Source of the DNA: an uncultured Acidobacteriota bacterium
Lineage (GTDB): Bacteria > Acidobacteriota > Terriglobia > Terriglobales > Acidobacteriaceae
Length of the DNA stretch: 64,000 bases
NCBI GenBank assembly: GCA_963826735.1
Contig: CAWGYN010000008.1
Location: 62,489 to 126,488, forward strand
Reading direction: 5' to 3'
Positions 11,574-24,124 of this stretch are shown one piece after another (position 1 is the first letter of the stretch; each line of letters starts with the position of its first letter). The translations under genes were made by a program, and so were the position numbers. The notes below the pieces were generated by a model. That model had not been told where the DNA came from, searched no databases, and was given only the letters and a program-made list of their open reading frames with translations.

Positions 11574-12745
11574 CAGGGCCGACGCATCTTAATTCCCGAG
11601 TAGATGGAGCATGTAGTCGTTGTCCCATCCTGCTTGGAGGCGCTTTCCTTTGATGCCGAGCTTGCATGTTTTGTCCTGTCGGAGCAGGTTGAGGGCGATG
11701 CGGTTGAGGATGGAGAAGTTCTGCGCGGCATTGCCGGCGCGTTTGCGGTCCAGGTCTTCTCCGAAGCTGACATCGAGGGCCCAGTGGAGCTTGTTTTCGA
11801 TGCCCCAGTGGTTGCGAATGGCCTGATTCAGCCGCGCCGCGTCGGGGCCAAGGCTGGTAATGTAGTAGCGGATTTCGCGTTCGGTCTTGCCTGTCGCCTT
11901 ATGGTAGCGTTCCGACTCGATGCGCACCAACCCCTGTAATGACGCCCATGCGGAGGCATTTTCAAGCAGACTCAAGGTCCGCAATCACCGAGCAGCGCCG
12001 CCGTTCGACACGCCCGTGTCCGCAGTCGATCTCTTCCTTCACTCCATCGGCAGCCAGCATCTGAAACGAGTCCTTGATCTCGGCCAGAAGATTGCTCTGG
12101 TTCTCTTTGACCGCCAGGATATAGTCGGCCTTTTTAGCAACGATCTTCTCGGCGATCGACCGCTGGCATCCCATCGCATCGACGGTCACCACAGTTCCGC
12201 TCAACTCCAGCGCCGCCAGAAGCTTGGGAATGGCCGTAATCTCGTTGGACTTGTCGTCGACTTTGCGTTGCGCCAGCACCAGGTTGTTGGCGCTGGCCCA
12301 GGCCGAAACCATGTGCACCAGCGTTGCTTTGCCTGCCTCACGCGTGCCGCACAAGCGCTTTGCCGTCGATGGCCACCACCTCGCCCGCCGTCAGTTTGGC
12401 AATCGACGACACCCAGGCCGCAAACCCCTTCTCCAACTCGGCCGGATCGAGCCCGGAGATGACACGGTTGAACGTATCGTGCGAGGGAATGCCTCCCGGT
12501 AACTTCAGAAAACCCTTGAACCACAAGCGTTTGGCCTTGCCATAGCCCTCGATCTCGTTCCAACTCCCTGCTCCGCTCAACACCGCCGCAATCGTCATCA
12601 ACAGGATCTCTTCCAGTAAATGCTCCCGCGTCCGTTCCACCCGCGGATCACGCAACTCGGCAAAATACTTCAGGGGATTGTTCATCCCTCCATCTCAACC
12701 GCTATCGCCCTCCACTCATATAGCAATTAAGATGCGTCGGCCCTG
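11574..12745 (-). mobile_element. ISAs1-family insertion sequence
   Basis: Perfect 21-bp terminal inverted repeats CAGGGCCGACGCATCTTAATT (11574-11594 and 12725-12745); no flanking direct repeat. Confidence 0.92.
11589..12685 (-). CDS. ISAs1-family transposase, split over three frames in this sequence
   Basis: DPRVERT, GIPSHDTFNRV, AIDGK, KSNEITAIP, DAMGCQ, HGRVERR and HWGIENKLHWALDVSFGED motifs across ORFs 12338-12685, 11962-12354 and 11589-11984. Confidence 0.88.
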
Positions 12746-12794
12746 TGTCTCCTCGCAGCCGGCGTCTCATCGCGGAAATCACCCCTCGCAAAGA

Positions 12795-14092
12795 CTACTT
12801 TCTGCCGTTGAACTCGTGCACCGCGTCGAGCATGGCCACGATGTTTGCAACCGGCGTGGCGGCCTGCACGTTGTGAATGGTGTTGAAGACGAAGCCGCCG
12901 CCCGGCGCGAAGATCTCGCAGCGGCGCAGCACCTGTTCGCGCACCTCGGCTGGCGTTCCGAACGGCAAAACCTTCTGCGTGTCCACGCCTCCGCCCCAGA
13001 AAACGATGTGCTCGCCGAACTCGCCTTCAGTTTTTCGGGCTCCATGCCCGTGGCCGAGCATTGCACGGGATTGAGAATGTCGAATCCCGCCTCGATGAAC
13101 GAAGGAATGAATTTTGAAACCGCGCCGCAACTGTGCTTGAAGGTCTTCCACTGCGTGTGCGCGTGGATCCAGTCGTTCACCTGCTTGTAGTAGGGGGAAT
13201 AGAGTTCATCGAGCGTTTTCACGGAGCAGAACGCCGAGGTTTGCGTGCCGAAGTCCGTGCCGCAGACAAAGACCGCCTGCACCCGGTCGCCCACGGCGGC
13301 ATAAATCCGCTCCAGATTCCCGATCGCGATCTCGCATTGGCGCTCGAAGATCTTGTGGATATAGTCCTGGCGGCTGCGCGTCGAAACGTACCACTCCGTC
13401 ACGTCGCGAATGCCCTTGGGATGCTTGAGGAACGGCCCCGGAACCAAGGCGATGTCGCCGAAGGCCGTGCCGCCGAATCCGGCCAGCACCCCCGCGCCAG
13501 TCGCCGCCGCTTCCCGCGCCGCGCGCGCCAGATGATCGAGATCCGCCTGCGAAATCGGCTGGAACTCCTCGAGATTGTCTTCCGGGTTCAGCTTCTCTTC
13601 GTCGATCGGCTTCCTGGCGGATGATGGAATCGAAGAAATAGCCGCCCTGCGGCATGCGCCCGCTCGGCGGCACAGACCGGTCGCCTTCGGGATAAATCAG
13701 CGTGTCGCCCTTTTCATCGGTGATGGTGTTGAAGTCGCCCGGCACCAGCACTTCGAGCCCGTTGAAATTCCAGCTCTTCCAGCGTTCAACGGGAAATCCG
13801 AACATGGTCGAGCGCGCGAAGACGCCGGTCACGTCCACGCCCATCGCCGCGCGCAAGTCTTCATCGATCAGCGCCAGCATCTGGAAGGGCTCGTGTACGC
13901 GCACCGGGCGTTTTTCGAGACCGTAATAGTCGCGCAGCGCTGCTACGCAACTGGCGTGCACGCCGGTCACAGCCGAGCCGCCGAAATCAATGGGAATCGG
14001 TCCGGTTGTTCGTGACGGAGGGTCTTCTGCAGCCGCTCGCGACTCGTGCCTGAAACCTGGATGACAGCCTGCGTCCCGGTGCTGTTGCTCAT
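12795..14092 (-). CDS. Uroporphyrinogen decarboxylase/methyltransferase-family protein (frameshifted)
   Basis: SRERLQKTLRHEQPDR, CGTDFGTQ, FKHSCG, FDILNPVQCSA, FWGGGVDTQKVLPFGTP and NTIHNVQ motifs across several frames. Confidence 0.8.
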
Positions 14093-14340
14093 CGCTCTGG
14101 GCTCCTTCCCTCGTCGCAGCTGCGACCGAAAGCGCGGCAACGTGCCATCGCTTCCCGACCGTGTAGAGCGGATCACTTTCGCTGGAGATCTGCTATGAGT
14201 ATAGATTGGTATGCTTTTCCACGCGATTGCCGCGCAAGACCGCGCCTTGGTGCGTCATACGGCACGTAGTCGCGCCATCCTTTGCCCCGCGCGTTGAGCG
14301 GTTCAGAGAACCGTCTTGCTTCTAGAAAAACCTGCCGACC

Positions 14341-16230
<1,890 letters not shown>

Positions 16231-16286
16231 TACACTATGTCCTTATTTCTTATTGGATTGGCGGGAACCGTTGCCTGGTTTTTCGC

Positions 16287-17585
16287 TTATTGGGCGAGAA
16301 ACGAAACCAGCTCCGCGCGCGGAACCTTTGCTTTGCGTGCCTGTGGCAAAGTCCTTCACTGTCAGGATACCGGATTGGAGCTCGTCTTCGCCCAGGATCA
16401 CGATGCGCCGCGCCATCTTGTCGGCGGCCTCAAACGACTTCTTCAGCCGGAAACTGCCGTCGCCCAGCTCGACGCGCAGCCCGGCGCGGCGCAGTTCGCG
16501 CGCCAGAACCAGCGCGGCGGCGTTCAGGCTTTCGCCCAGCGGCGCAATATACGCGTCGCACTTGCCGCGGGTGCGGCAGCCTTTCGGTCGGCTTCCTGCG
16601 CCTGCAGCGTCAGCACCAGCCGGTCCAGGCCCATGGCGAAGCCGATGCCCGGCGCCTTGGGTCCGCCGATGGCCTCGCTCAGCCCGTCGTAGCGCCCGCC
16701 GCCGAGCAGCGCATTCTGCGCGCCCAGTCCGCCATGCGTGAACTCAAACGTCGTCCGCGTGTAGTAGTCCAGGCCGCGCACCAGCCGCTGATTCAGCTTG
16801 TAGGGCACGCCCGCCGCATCCAGCGCCGCGATGCACCGCGGCAAAGTGCGTCTTTCGAATCTTCGTCGAGCGAATCGGCAATCATCGGCAGCGCATCAAT
16901 GATCGGCTGATCCTCGGGCACCTTGCAGTCCAGCACGCGCAGCGGATTGGTCACCGCGCGCCGCTGGCAATCCCCACACATCTTCGGCGCAACATCGACC
17001 GAGCGCCGCGCGCAGCACGTCGTTGTAGCGCGCGCGGTCCGCGGCCGACCCCACGGAGTTCAGCTCCAGCGTCCAGCCCGTGATGCCCAGCTCATCGAGC
17101 AGCGTGGCCAGCATCTCCAGCACTTCCGCATCGCGCAACGGCGATTCGCTGCCCGACGACGGCGGCCCGATCACCTCCGCGCCGATCTGCCAGAACTGCC
17201 GGTAGCGGCCCTTCTGCGGCCGCTCGCGCCGGAACTGCGGCCCGATGTAATAGAGCTTCTGCAACTGGCCGCTCTCGCCCAGCTTGTGCTCGATGTAGGC
17301 GCGCACCACGCCGGCCGTGTTCTCCGGCCGCAGGGTCAGCGACTGCGCCTTCTCCGACTGCGCCCGCGCGCGATCCTCCCACGTGTACATCTCCTTCGAA
17401 ACAATGTCGGTCTCTTCGCCCACGCTGCGCGCAAACAGCCCCGTGTCTTCGAAGATCGGGGTGCGAATCTCGCCGAAGTTGTAGCGGGCAAAGACCTCGC
17501 GCGCGGTCGCCTCGATGCGGTTCCACAGCTCCGTCTCCGGCGGCAGCAGATCGCGCGTCCCGCGCACGGCTTTCAGGGTGGCCAT
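16287..17585 (-). CDS. hisS: Histidine--tRNA ligase (frameshifted in this sequence)
   Basis: [39 protein letters not shown] and GGGRYDGL motifs. Confidence 0.93.
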
Positions 17586-17950
17586 AACCTATCTAGTTTA
17601 AATGGAGAAATCGGGGCAGGGTCGCACCGAATCGGGGCGTAAAACAAGGTGCGAAATCTCGTCAAAAATCGCGCATAAATCGATCGGTCAATGTCCTTTA
17701 GTCATCTGTCCCTAAACTCGTTATTACCTTTACACCTTTCGCGGCATTACCGTGGGTTTTTCATATCCGCACACAGGTAATTATGGGACCATAAGGCGAC
17801 ACTCTCGATTGGGGCGCAGGGGATGCTTAAGCATCAACAAATCCCTTGCGCCACGAGACGGCAGCACTCCACTGCCGGTCCTGTACGATTCGACCGCCGG
17901 GGTGCACCGGGGTCATTAGCTTGCCTGGGAAGACGCGAACGGAGTCGTAC

Positions 17951-20900
17951 ATGAATTATCTAGCTGATTGCAATCTCCTGCTTCAGGACTGCAAGGTCCG
18001 CTTATTGCCCCGTAATCTCTTAACAGAACGCAGCGCGCGGAGCCATGGTCTTCAGGGCATCGCGTGCGCGATGGCGTTCCTGTTCGCGGCAGCCTGCGCC
18101 CATGCGCAGTTCGGCTTGCAGCCGGTCGGCACCCCGGGCACTCAGGGCATCACGGTCACGGCGACCGTCGCAGGCACGGTGAGCAGTGTGGAAGTGCTCA
18201 CGCTGGGATCGCCCAGCGGAGACTTCGCCGTGGGCGCCGGCTCGTCCAACTGCGCCTCGGCGAATCTGTCCGTCGGCAGCAAGTGCACCGAGTCAGTCAC
18301 CTTCACGCCCGCTGAGCCCGGCTTGCGTCTGGGAGCCGTGGTGCTTTTGAGCAATACGAATACCGTTCTGGGCACGGCGTATCTTTCCGGGACAGGGCAA
18401 GGCGGATTAGGTGTTTTGGTCACCGGCAATGTGCTCCCCGTGGCCGGGCAGTTGGGACTTTTCACTGCCGTCGAAGACGGGCAACCGGCCACGCAGGCCG
18501 AGCTTAATCTGCCTGGCGGTGCAGTGCTCGATGGCGCGGGCAATCTCTACATCGCCGACACCGGCCACAACCGCATCCGTATGGTGTGCGCCAGCCAGAC
18601 CAGCGTCACCATTCCGGGAACCGGGTCAGCCTGCACGGGCGCGGGCATCATCGTCACCATCGCCGGCAACGGCAGTCCCACGTTTAGCGGCGACGGCGGA
18701 CCTGCGTCGAGCGCCACCGTGAGCAGTCCCGCATCCGTGGCCCTCGACGGCGCCGGCAATCTCTACATCGCCGATAGCGGTAATAACGTCATCCGCATGA
18801 TCAGCGTTGCCAACGGCGTCATCTCCACCGTGGCAGGCAACTTCAACAACATCGCCTGTGGCGCAAAAACCGACTCCATTGGCGACGGTTGCACGGCCAC
18901 CCAGGCCGTGCTCAGCCAGCCCCGTGGCATCGCGCTCGACGCTGCCGGGAATCTCTACATCTCCGATAGCGGCAACAATGTCGTCCGCATGGTCGGTGCC
19001 GCGCCTCCCAACGACATCGCGACCGTTGCAGGCAATCTCAACCTGACGGTTTGTGCCGCGAAGACCGATTCCGTGGGCGATGGCTGCCCGGCTACTCAGG
19101 CCACGCTCAGCCTGCCTCAGGGCATTACGCTCGACGGCAGCGGCAACCTCTATATCGCCGATACCAACGATCAGCGCGTGCGCGAGGTCCAGGCTGTAGG
19201 CGGCGCCATCACCGCCGCCAGCGACATCGTCAACCTGGCCGGCAACGGCAACACGGGCGCCACGGCGTGCGCGGCGCCCCCGGCCGCGGCCGCGAGTGCC
19301 GTCGTCTGGGCGCCTTCCGGCGTAGCCGTGGACGCAGCCGGCAACGTCTACATCGCGGAAACGCAGAACGCCGCCATCCGCAAGGTGAGCGCGGCCACCG
19401 GCGACATCTCCACGCTCGTTGAGAACGGCTGCGGCACCTATTACTCCAACGGTGCGTTCATGCCCCAGGTGCTCTACGGGCCCACAGGGCTTTATCTGGA
19501 CGGCAAGGGTGACCTCTACGTTGCCGACACTCTCGACATGCTGGTTCGGGAGGTGCAGGGCAACTTTGTCGCTATCGATCTCACCACGCCGGTCTTCCAG
19601 GGCCAAACCTCGCCCACCCAGCCGCAAGCCGTGGAGAACGACGGCAATGCCCCGCTCGATCTCGCGTCGATCGCTGTCGAGAACAACGCTTACTCTTCCG
19701 ACGCCGAGATCGACACCTCCGTGAGCAGCTCCTGTATGAGTGGCGGCCAGACCCTCAATGAGAATGCGGATTGCGAGGTGGGTGCGGTCTTTGCTCCCGC
19801 CATTTCCCCCATTCTTTTGAGCAACACCCAGGAGATGCCCATCATCGCTGTGAGTGAGCAGTCCCCGTCCGGTACTGCGCTCGCCACTTCTCCTCTCCAG
19901 ATCGAGCTGGTGGGCACAGCCGAGCCGTTGTATTCCACCAACACTGTCGTTACGTCCAGCCCTAACCCCTCCGGACTCGGGCAGAGCGTTAACTTCACCG
20001 TGACCGTCACCACGGGCAGCGGCAGCCTCACCGGGACGGTGAGCATTTCCGACACCTTTAACGGCGTCACCACCACACTCGCGCCCGCACTGCCAGTGAC
20101 CGCCTCGGGCAGCACATCGGCCACGGCCACCTTCTCCATATCCACATTGCTCGTGGGGCTGCACTCAATAACGGCTACCTACGCGCCAGGGACCGGTGAT
20201 ATCCACACCGCCAGCACGTCGAAGCCCGAGACGCAGAGTGTCGTTGAAGGTACCTCCGTCAGCCTGATATCAAGCGCCAATCCCTCCACCGTCGGCCAGA
20301 GCGTCACCTTCACGGCCACGGTCAGCAATTCTGCAGGCGGCATCAACCCCACCGGCTCGATCTCTTTCTACGACGGCTTCAATCTGCTCGGCTCCCAGGT
20401 CATCAATGCCAGCTACGTGGCCACTTACACTACCTCGGTGCTCACCAACGGCATGCACTCCATCACCGCGCAATTCGTACCCAGCGCAGACACGCAGCTG
20501 CAAAGCAGCACCTCGCCGATCCTGAACCAGGATGTCCAGGCTGCTGCGACAATTGCCGTCGTCTCCAATCAGAATCCGTCGACCTACGGCACCGCGGTCA
20601 CCTTCACGGCGACGATCACGTCCGCTGCGGCGTTTCCCCCCACAGGCACGGTGACCTTCCTCAATAATGGCGTCTCCATCGGAACCGGAACCCTTAACGG
20701 CAATCCCGCTACAACCACCCTGCTGATCTCCTCGCTGCCGGTTGGCACGGATCCCATCACGGTCACTTACGCGGGGGATGCCTACAACTCGAGCGCTACC
20801 AGCGCGCCTGTCAACCAGGTGGTCGACCAGGGGCAAACCGCGACCACGGTCACTCTGGCCACGCCGAATCCCGGAATCGCCGGAACCACGGAGACGATCT

Positions 20901-22222
20901 CGGCAACCGTGGCGTTGACCTCTGGCAGCGCGCCCCTTGCCGGCACCGTCACCTTTACCTCTGGAACCCAAGTGCTGGGTAGCGCTGCGCTCAATGCGGG
21001 AGCTGCCAGCATCACGCCCACGCTCGCGATCGGATCCTACCAAATCGTCGCATCCTACCAGCCCAGCAATCCGAACGCCGGGGCCAGCACCTCGGTGCCG
21101 TTCCCGTACTCCGTCGTTCAGGCTACAACCCAAACCACCCTCGTCGTCGCGCCCAACCCGGCGCTGGTTCTCACTCCCATCACATTTACTGCCCTGGTCG
21201 CCGGCAATGGCGGCACGCCTACTGGCAGCGTCAACTTCCTGGTCGGCGGAACCGTGGTCGGTACCTCGGCTCTGAGTGGCGGCAAGGCTACGTATACCGA
21301 TTCGACGCTGGCGGTCGGCGCCTACTCCGTCACCGCGCAATATCTGGGCGACACCAATGACTCGACGAGTGTCTCGACTGCTACAAACCTGGCGGTGAAC
21401 ACCATTCCAACCACCACCGTGATCACCAGCGGTATTACCACGGGAGCCAATCCCCAGGTAATCCTGGTGGCGGCAGTGCTCGACAACGGCTCCGGGCCCG
21501 TACCTACCGGTACAGTCACTTTCTACAACGGGAACACGATGCTGGGCTCGGCTTCGGTTGACTCCACTGGCGCCGCTACGATCACGCCTAGTCTCGCCCT
21601 CGGCGCCAATTACAGCGTCGACGCCGTCTATAGCGGCGACACCGACCACGGCTCCTCCACTTCGTCGGCGATCAGCGTCTCGGGCACGCCGGTCGACTTC
21701 GGCGTCACCGTCACGCCGGCCACCGTCACCATGGCCAGCTCGCAGAACGCCACGGTCACCGTCACCCTCACGTCAAATGCCAACTTCACCGGAACCATTG
21801 GCCTGGGTTGCTCTTCGCTTCCGGTTGCGGTCAACTGCCACTTCGCCTCCATCAGCCTCAATCTACCGGCCGGCGGCTCGGTCAGCACCCAGCTCACCAT
21901 CGACACCAACAATCCGCTAGGCGGCGGAAGCAGCGCCATGAACCGAAGACCGGGAGACGGCAGATTTTCGCTGGCCGGTTTGTTCCTGCCCTTAGGTCTT
22001 GGCTTTGGATTTATTTTCTGGCGGTGGCGTCGGCGTCACACCCAGGTTTTCACCATGGCCCTGGTCCTGATTCTCACCGCGGCGGCATTTGTGGCCACTG
22101 GTTGCGGCGGCTTCAGCCAGGTCACCGCGGCGCCGGGCAATTATGTCATTCAGGTCACAGGCACCAATACCGCCAGCGATGTGGTGCACTATCAAAACGT
22201 CACCCTCGACATTACAAAATAG
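17951..22222 (+). CDS. Large surface protein with NHL beta-propeller repeats and about six or seven bacterial Ig-like repeats
   Basis: Repeated DGAGNLYIAD (NHL); repeated SS.NPS..GQSVTFTATV...PTGTVTF (Big_3-like); N-terminal signal ending CAHA; C-terminal double hydrophobic segment. Confidence 0.9.
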   Translation: MNYLADCNLLLQDCKVRLLPRNLLTERSARSHGLQGIACAMAFLFAAACAHAQFGLQPVGTPGTQGITVTATVAGTVSSVEVLTLGSPSGDFAVGAGSSNCASANLSVGSKCTESVTFTPAEPGLRLGAVVLLSNTNTVLGTAYLSGTGQGGLGVLVTGNVLPVAGQLGLFTAVEDGQPATQAELNLPGGAVLDGAGNLYIADTGHNRIRMVCASQTSVTIPGTGSACTGAGIIVTIAGNGSPTFSGDGGPASSATVSSPASVALDGAGNLYIADSGNNVIRMISVANGVISTVAGNFNNIACGAKTDSIGDGCTATQAVLSQPRGIALDAAGNLYISDSGNNVVRMVGAAPPNDIATVAGNLNLTVCAAKTDSVGDGCPATQATLSLPQGITLDGSGNLYIADTNDQRVREVQAVGGAITAASDIVNLAGNGNTGATACAAPPAAAASAVVWAPSGVAVDAAGNVYIAETQNAAIRKVSAATGDISTLVENGCGTYYSNGAFMPQVLYGPTGLYLDGKGDLYVADTLDMLVREVQGNFVAIDLTTPVFQGQTSPTQPQAVENDGNAPLDLASIAVENNAYSSDAEIDTSVSSSCMSGGQTLNENADCEVGAVFAPAISPILLSNTQEMPIIAVSEQSPSGTALATSPLQIELVGTAEPLYSTNTVVTSSPNPSGLGQSVNFTVTVTTGSGSLTGTVSISDTFNGVTTTLAPALPVTASGSTSATATFSISTLLVGLHSITATYAPGTGDIHTASTSKPETQSVVEGTSVSLISSANPSTVGQSVTFTATVSNSAGGINPTGSISFYDGFNLLGSQVINASYVATYTTSVLTNGMHSITAQFVPSADTQLQSSTSPILNQDVQAAATIAVVSNQNPSTYGTAVTFTATITSAAAFPPTGTVTFLNNGVSIGTGTLNGNPATTTLLISSLPVGTDPITVTYAGDAYNSSATSAPVNQVVDQGQTATTVTLATPNPGIAGTTETISATVALTSGSAPLAGTVTFTSGTQVLGSAALNAGAASITPTLAIGSYQIVASYQPSNPNAGASTSVPFPYSVVQATTQTTLVVAPNPALVLTPITFTALVAGNGGTPTGSVNFLVGGTVVGTSALSGGKATYTDSTLAVGAYSVTAQYLGDTNDSTSVSTATNLAVNTIPTTTVITSGITTGANPQVILVAAVLDNGSGPVPTGTVTFYNGNTMLGSASVDSTGAATITPSLALGANYSVDAVYSGDTDHGSSTSSAISVSGTPVDFGVTVTPATVTMASSQNATVTVTLTSNANFTGTIGLGCSSLPVAVNCHFASISLNLPAGGSVSTQLTIDTNNPLGGGSSAMNRRPGDGRFSLAGLFLPLGLGFGFIFWRWRRRHTQVFTMALVLILTAAAFVATGCGGFSQVTAAPGNYVIQVTGTNTASDVVHYQNVTLDITK

Positions 22223-22258
22223 GCAGTGAAGCTAGCGACGAGGCGCGGTTCGAGGTGA

Positions 22259-22867
22259 GTGATGAGGTTTCTTCGTAATCTAAGGTTCTGGCAAGCCCAA
22301 AGAACGGGAATCAAATTTCGCGTAAGCGCTTTTTTTGCGCTGTTCGCGCTGACGCTTCTTGTCGCATCCGCCGGCGTCGCGCATACGCAGACCACGCCGG
22401 CGGGCAACCGTGGCGTGTTGCAGTTGTCGGCGGGCGCCACTGGCTCCTTCGATACCATCCAGTACGGCTCTCGTCAGATGTACGGCGCCGGCGCCTTTGT
22501 CGACGCTGAAACCACAGGTCACTTCGGCCTCGAAGCCGAAGGGCGCTGGATCGAGTTCCCCTCCCAGCTGGACAACCTGCACGCCGAAACCTATTCCATC
22601 GGCGGACGCTGGCACTGGGTTCTCACCAATCACTGGCAGCCGTACGCTAAAGCGCTGATCGGCTTTGGCAGTTTCAACTACACCAATAACCTGGGCCAGG
22701 AATCTAATGAGCTGGTTGTGACCGCCGGGGGTGGCGTGGACTTCCGTGCGTCGCACCGCATTTACTTTCGCGTCGCCGACTTCGAATATCAGGACTGGCC
22801 CCAGGCTTACTACGGCAACTTGACCCCGTTCAATGTCAGCGCGGGCTTGAAGGTACGCATCCGCTAA
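22259..22867 (+). CDS. Small outer-membrane beta-barrel protein
   Basis: Signal peptide; amphipathic strands GLEAEGRW, QPYAKALIG, GGGVDFR and ADFEYQDWP. Start codon uncertain. Confidence 0.75.
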   Translation: MMRFLRNLRFWQAQRTGIKFRVSAFFALFALTLLVASAGVAHTQTTPAGNRGVLQLSAGATGSFDTIQYGSRQMYGAGAFVDAETTGHFGLEAEGRWIEFPSQLDNLHAETYSIGGRWHWVLTNHWQPYAKALIGFGSFNYTNNLGQESNELVVTAGGGVDFRASHRIYFRVADFEYQDWPQAYYGNLTPFNVSAGLKVRIR

Positions 22868-22975
22868 AGCCAGTGGTCAGGTTTCAGGGGTCAGTGACCA
22901 GCCCTCAGCGCCCGTGCCCCATCCTTTCGCGTTTTTTGCGAAAGGGTCCCAAAGCTGGGCGCACTTTCCTCTGCC

Positions 22976-23503
22976 CTAAAGCGCTGCTTCCGACTCGGTT
23001 CCGCGCGCCGCTATCCAGCCCATCGGCGCAACCACAAATGCCGCGACCAGCCGCGGGATGCGCCGGAAATCGTCGCCCAGCGAGCGGCCCTGGCCGGTAA
23101 GAAAGACTCCGCGGCGCATCACAAACAAGTGGAAGAGCGCGGAGACGCCGGTAAAGATGCTCACGGCTACCATAGCTCCGAAAGGAACGGCGCCCCCGGC
23201 GGCGCGATGGGCGAACCAGTCGATACCCTGCGCCAGTGCGGGAACGCCGCAAGCCACGATGCAATTGCCGAGCAGGCGGGAACGGAGCCGGAGCGCGCGT
23301 TGCTGCATTCCGGCATAGATGCCCGCGGTCAGGGTGACATAGGCAATTTCAACCGCGATGATGGAAGCCCGGCCATGGGGCCCGGAGCGCGCCAGCGCCG
23401 CCAGATACACCAGAGAGCGGGCAGCCGCGCTCAGCAGCGCGCACTTCCAGTTCCAGCAAGAGAAAACCTGTGTAAGAAGAGAGCGGCTTTTGGCCTTGAG
23501 CAT
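22976..23503 (-). CDS. Hypothetical membrane protein
   Basis: 175-aa ORF with GGAG RBS, several hydrophobic segments and a WNWKCALLS motif. Confidence 0.65.
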   Translation of the reverse strand: MLKAKSRSLLTQVFSCWNWKCALLSAAARSLVYLAALARSGPHGRASIIAVEIAYVTLTAGIYAGMQQRALRLRSRLLGNCIVACGVPALAQGIDWFAHRAAGGAVPFGAMVAVSIFTGVSALFHLFVMRRGVFLTGQGRSLGDDFRRIPRLVAAFVVAPMGWIAARGTESEAAL

Positions 23504-23615
23504 GGCTCCATGATGCCGAATCTGCGCGAAAGCAGTGTCAATGCCGGATCACAACGGGATTTAGATTGTCTTCCGTACCGTAATCAGGAAGATTCCCCCT
23601 CTTCCGCGAAGGCAT

Positions 23616-23631
23616 CGTGACTGTGATCACG
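23616..23631. promoter_or_regulatory. Putative CRP/FNR-family binding site upstream of the ferredoxin gene
   Basis: CGTGA-CTGTGA-TCACG dyad about 80 bp upstream of the ATG. Confidence 0.5.
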
Positions 23632-23712
23632 GTGAGGCGCTGGGCCCTCCGGTTAGTCTCAAACTGAGGGCGCAGCTTGAGAACGCGCCCCTGATCGAGG
23701 AGCAAAACTTCC

Positions 23713-23964
23713 ATGGCTTTTGTCGTGACCGATGCCTGCACCAAGGATTTTGTTTGTGTTGCGGAGTGTTCCACTGCCGCCATCGCGCCCGCTGCGAGCG
23801 ATCCTGCCGCCGCTACCGTGTCCCAGGTCTATATCAATCCCGATGAGTGCATCGACTGCGGCAACTGCGCCTCAATCTGTGCGCAAAACGCGATCTTCGC
23901 GCTGGACGAACTGCCCGCCGACAAGGCGGACTTCGCCGAAAAGAACCGGGCGTACTTCAACTAA
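23713..23964 (+). CDS. Ferredoxin (7Fe/8Fe type)
   Basis: MAFVVTDAC...CVAEC...INPDECIDCGNCASICAQNAI; GAGGAG RBS. Confidence 0.9.
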   Translation: MAFVVTDACTKDFVCVAECSTAAIAPAASDPAAATVSQVYINPDECIDCGNCASICAQNAIFALDELPADKADFAEKNRAYFN

Positions 23965-24124
23965 GACGCGGCGTTAGCAGAGTCAGCGCAGCCGATCTCT
24001 TCACGGCGCGTTCTAGAGTCGCCAAAATGTACCGCTGCCAAAATGTAGCGCCAGTCTCCAGACCGGCCGTCCTGGCGCCGTCCACGCCGCCAGGATCTGT
24101 TCGCAGACTCGGCTGCGCAGCCTT

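Noticed and set aside
11087-11773. 228-aa ORF as a complete hydrolase gene
   Set aside because: Its first third or so comes from an alternative frame inside the IS; only the part outside the IS is hydrolase-like.
17640-17950. Riboswitch (e.g. c-di-GMP) upstream of the large surface protein
   Set aside because: Some pairing potential, but I could not find the conserved core of any riboswitch class I know.
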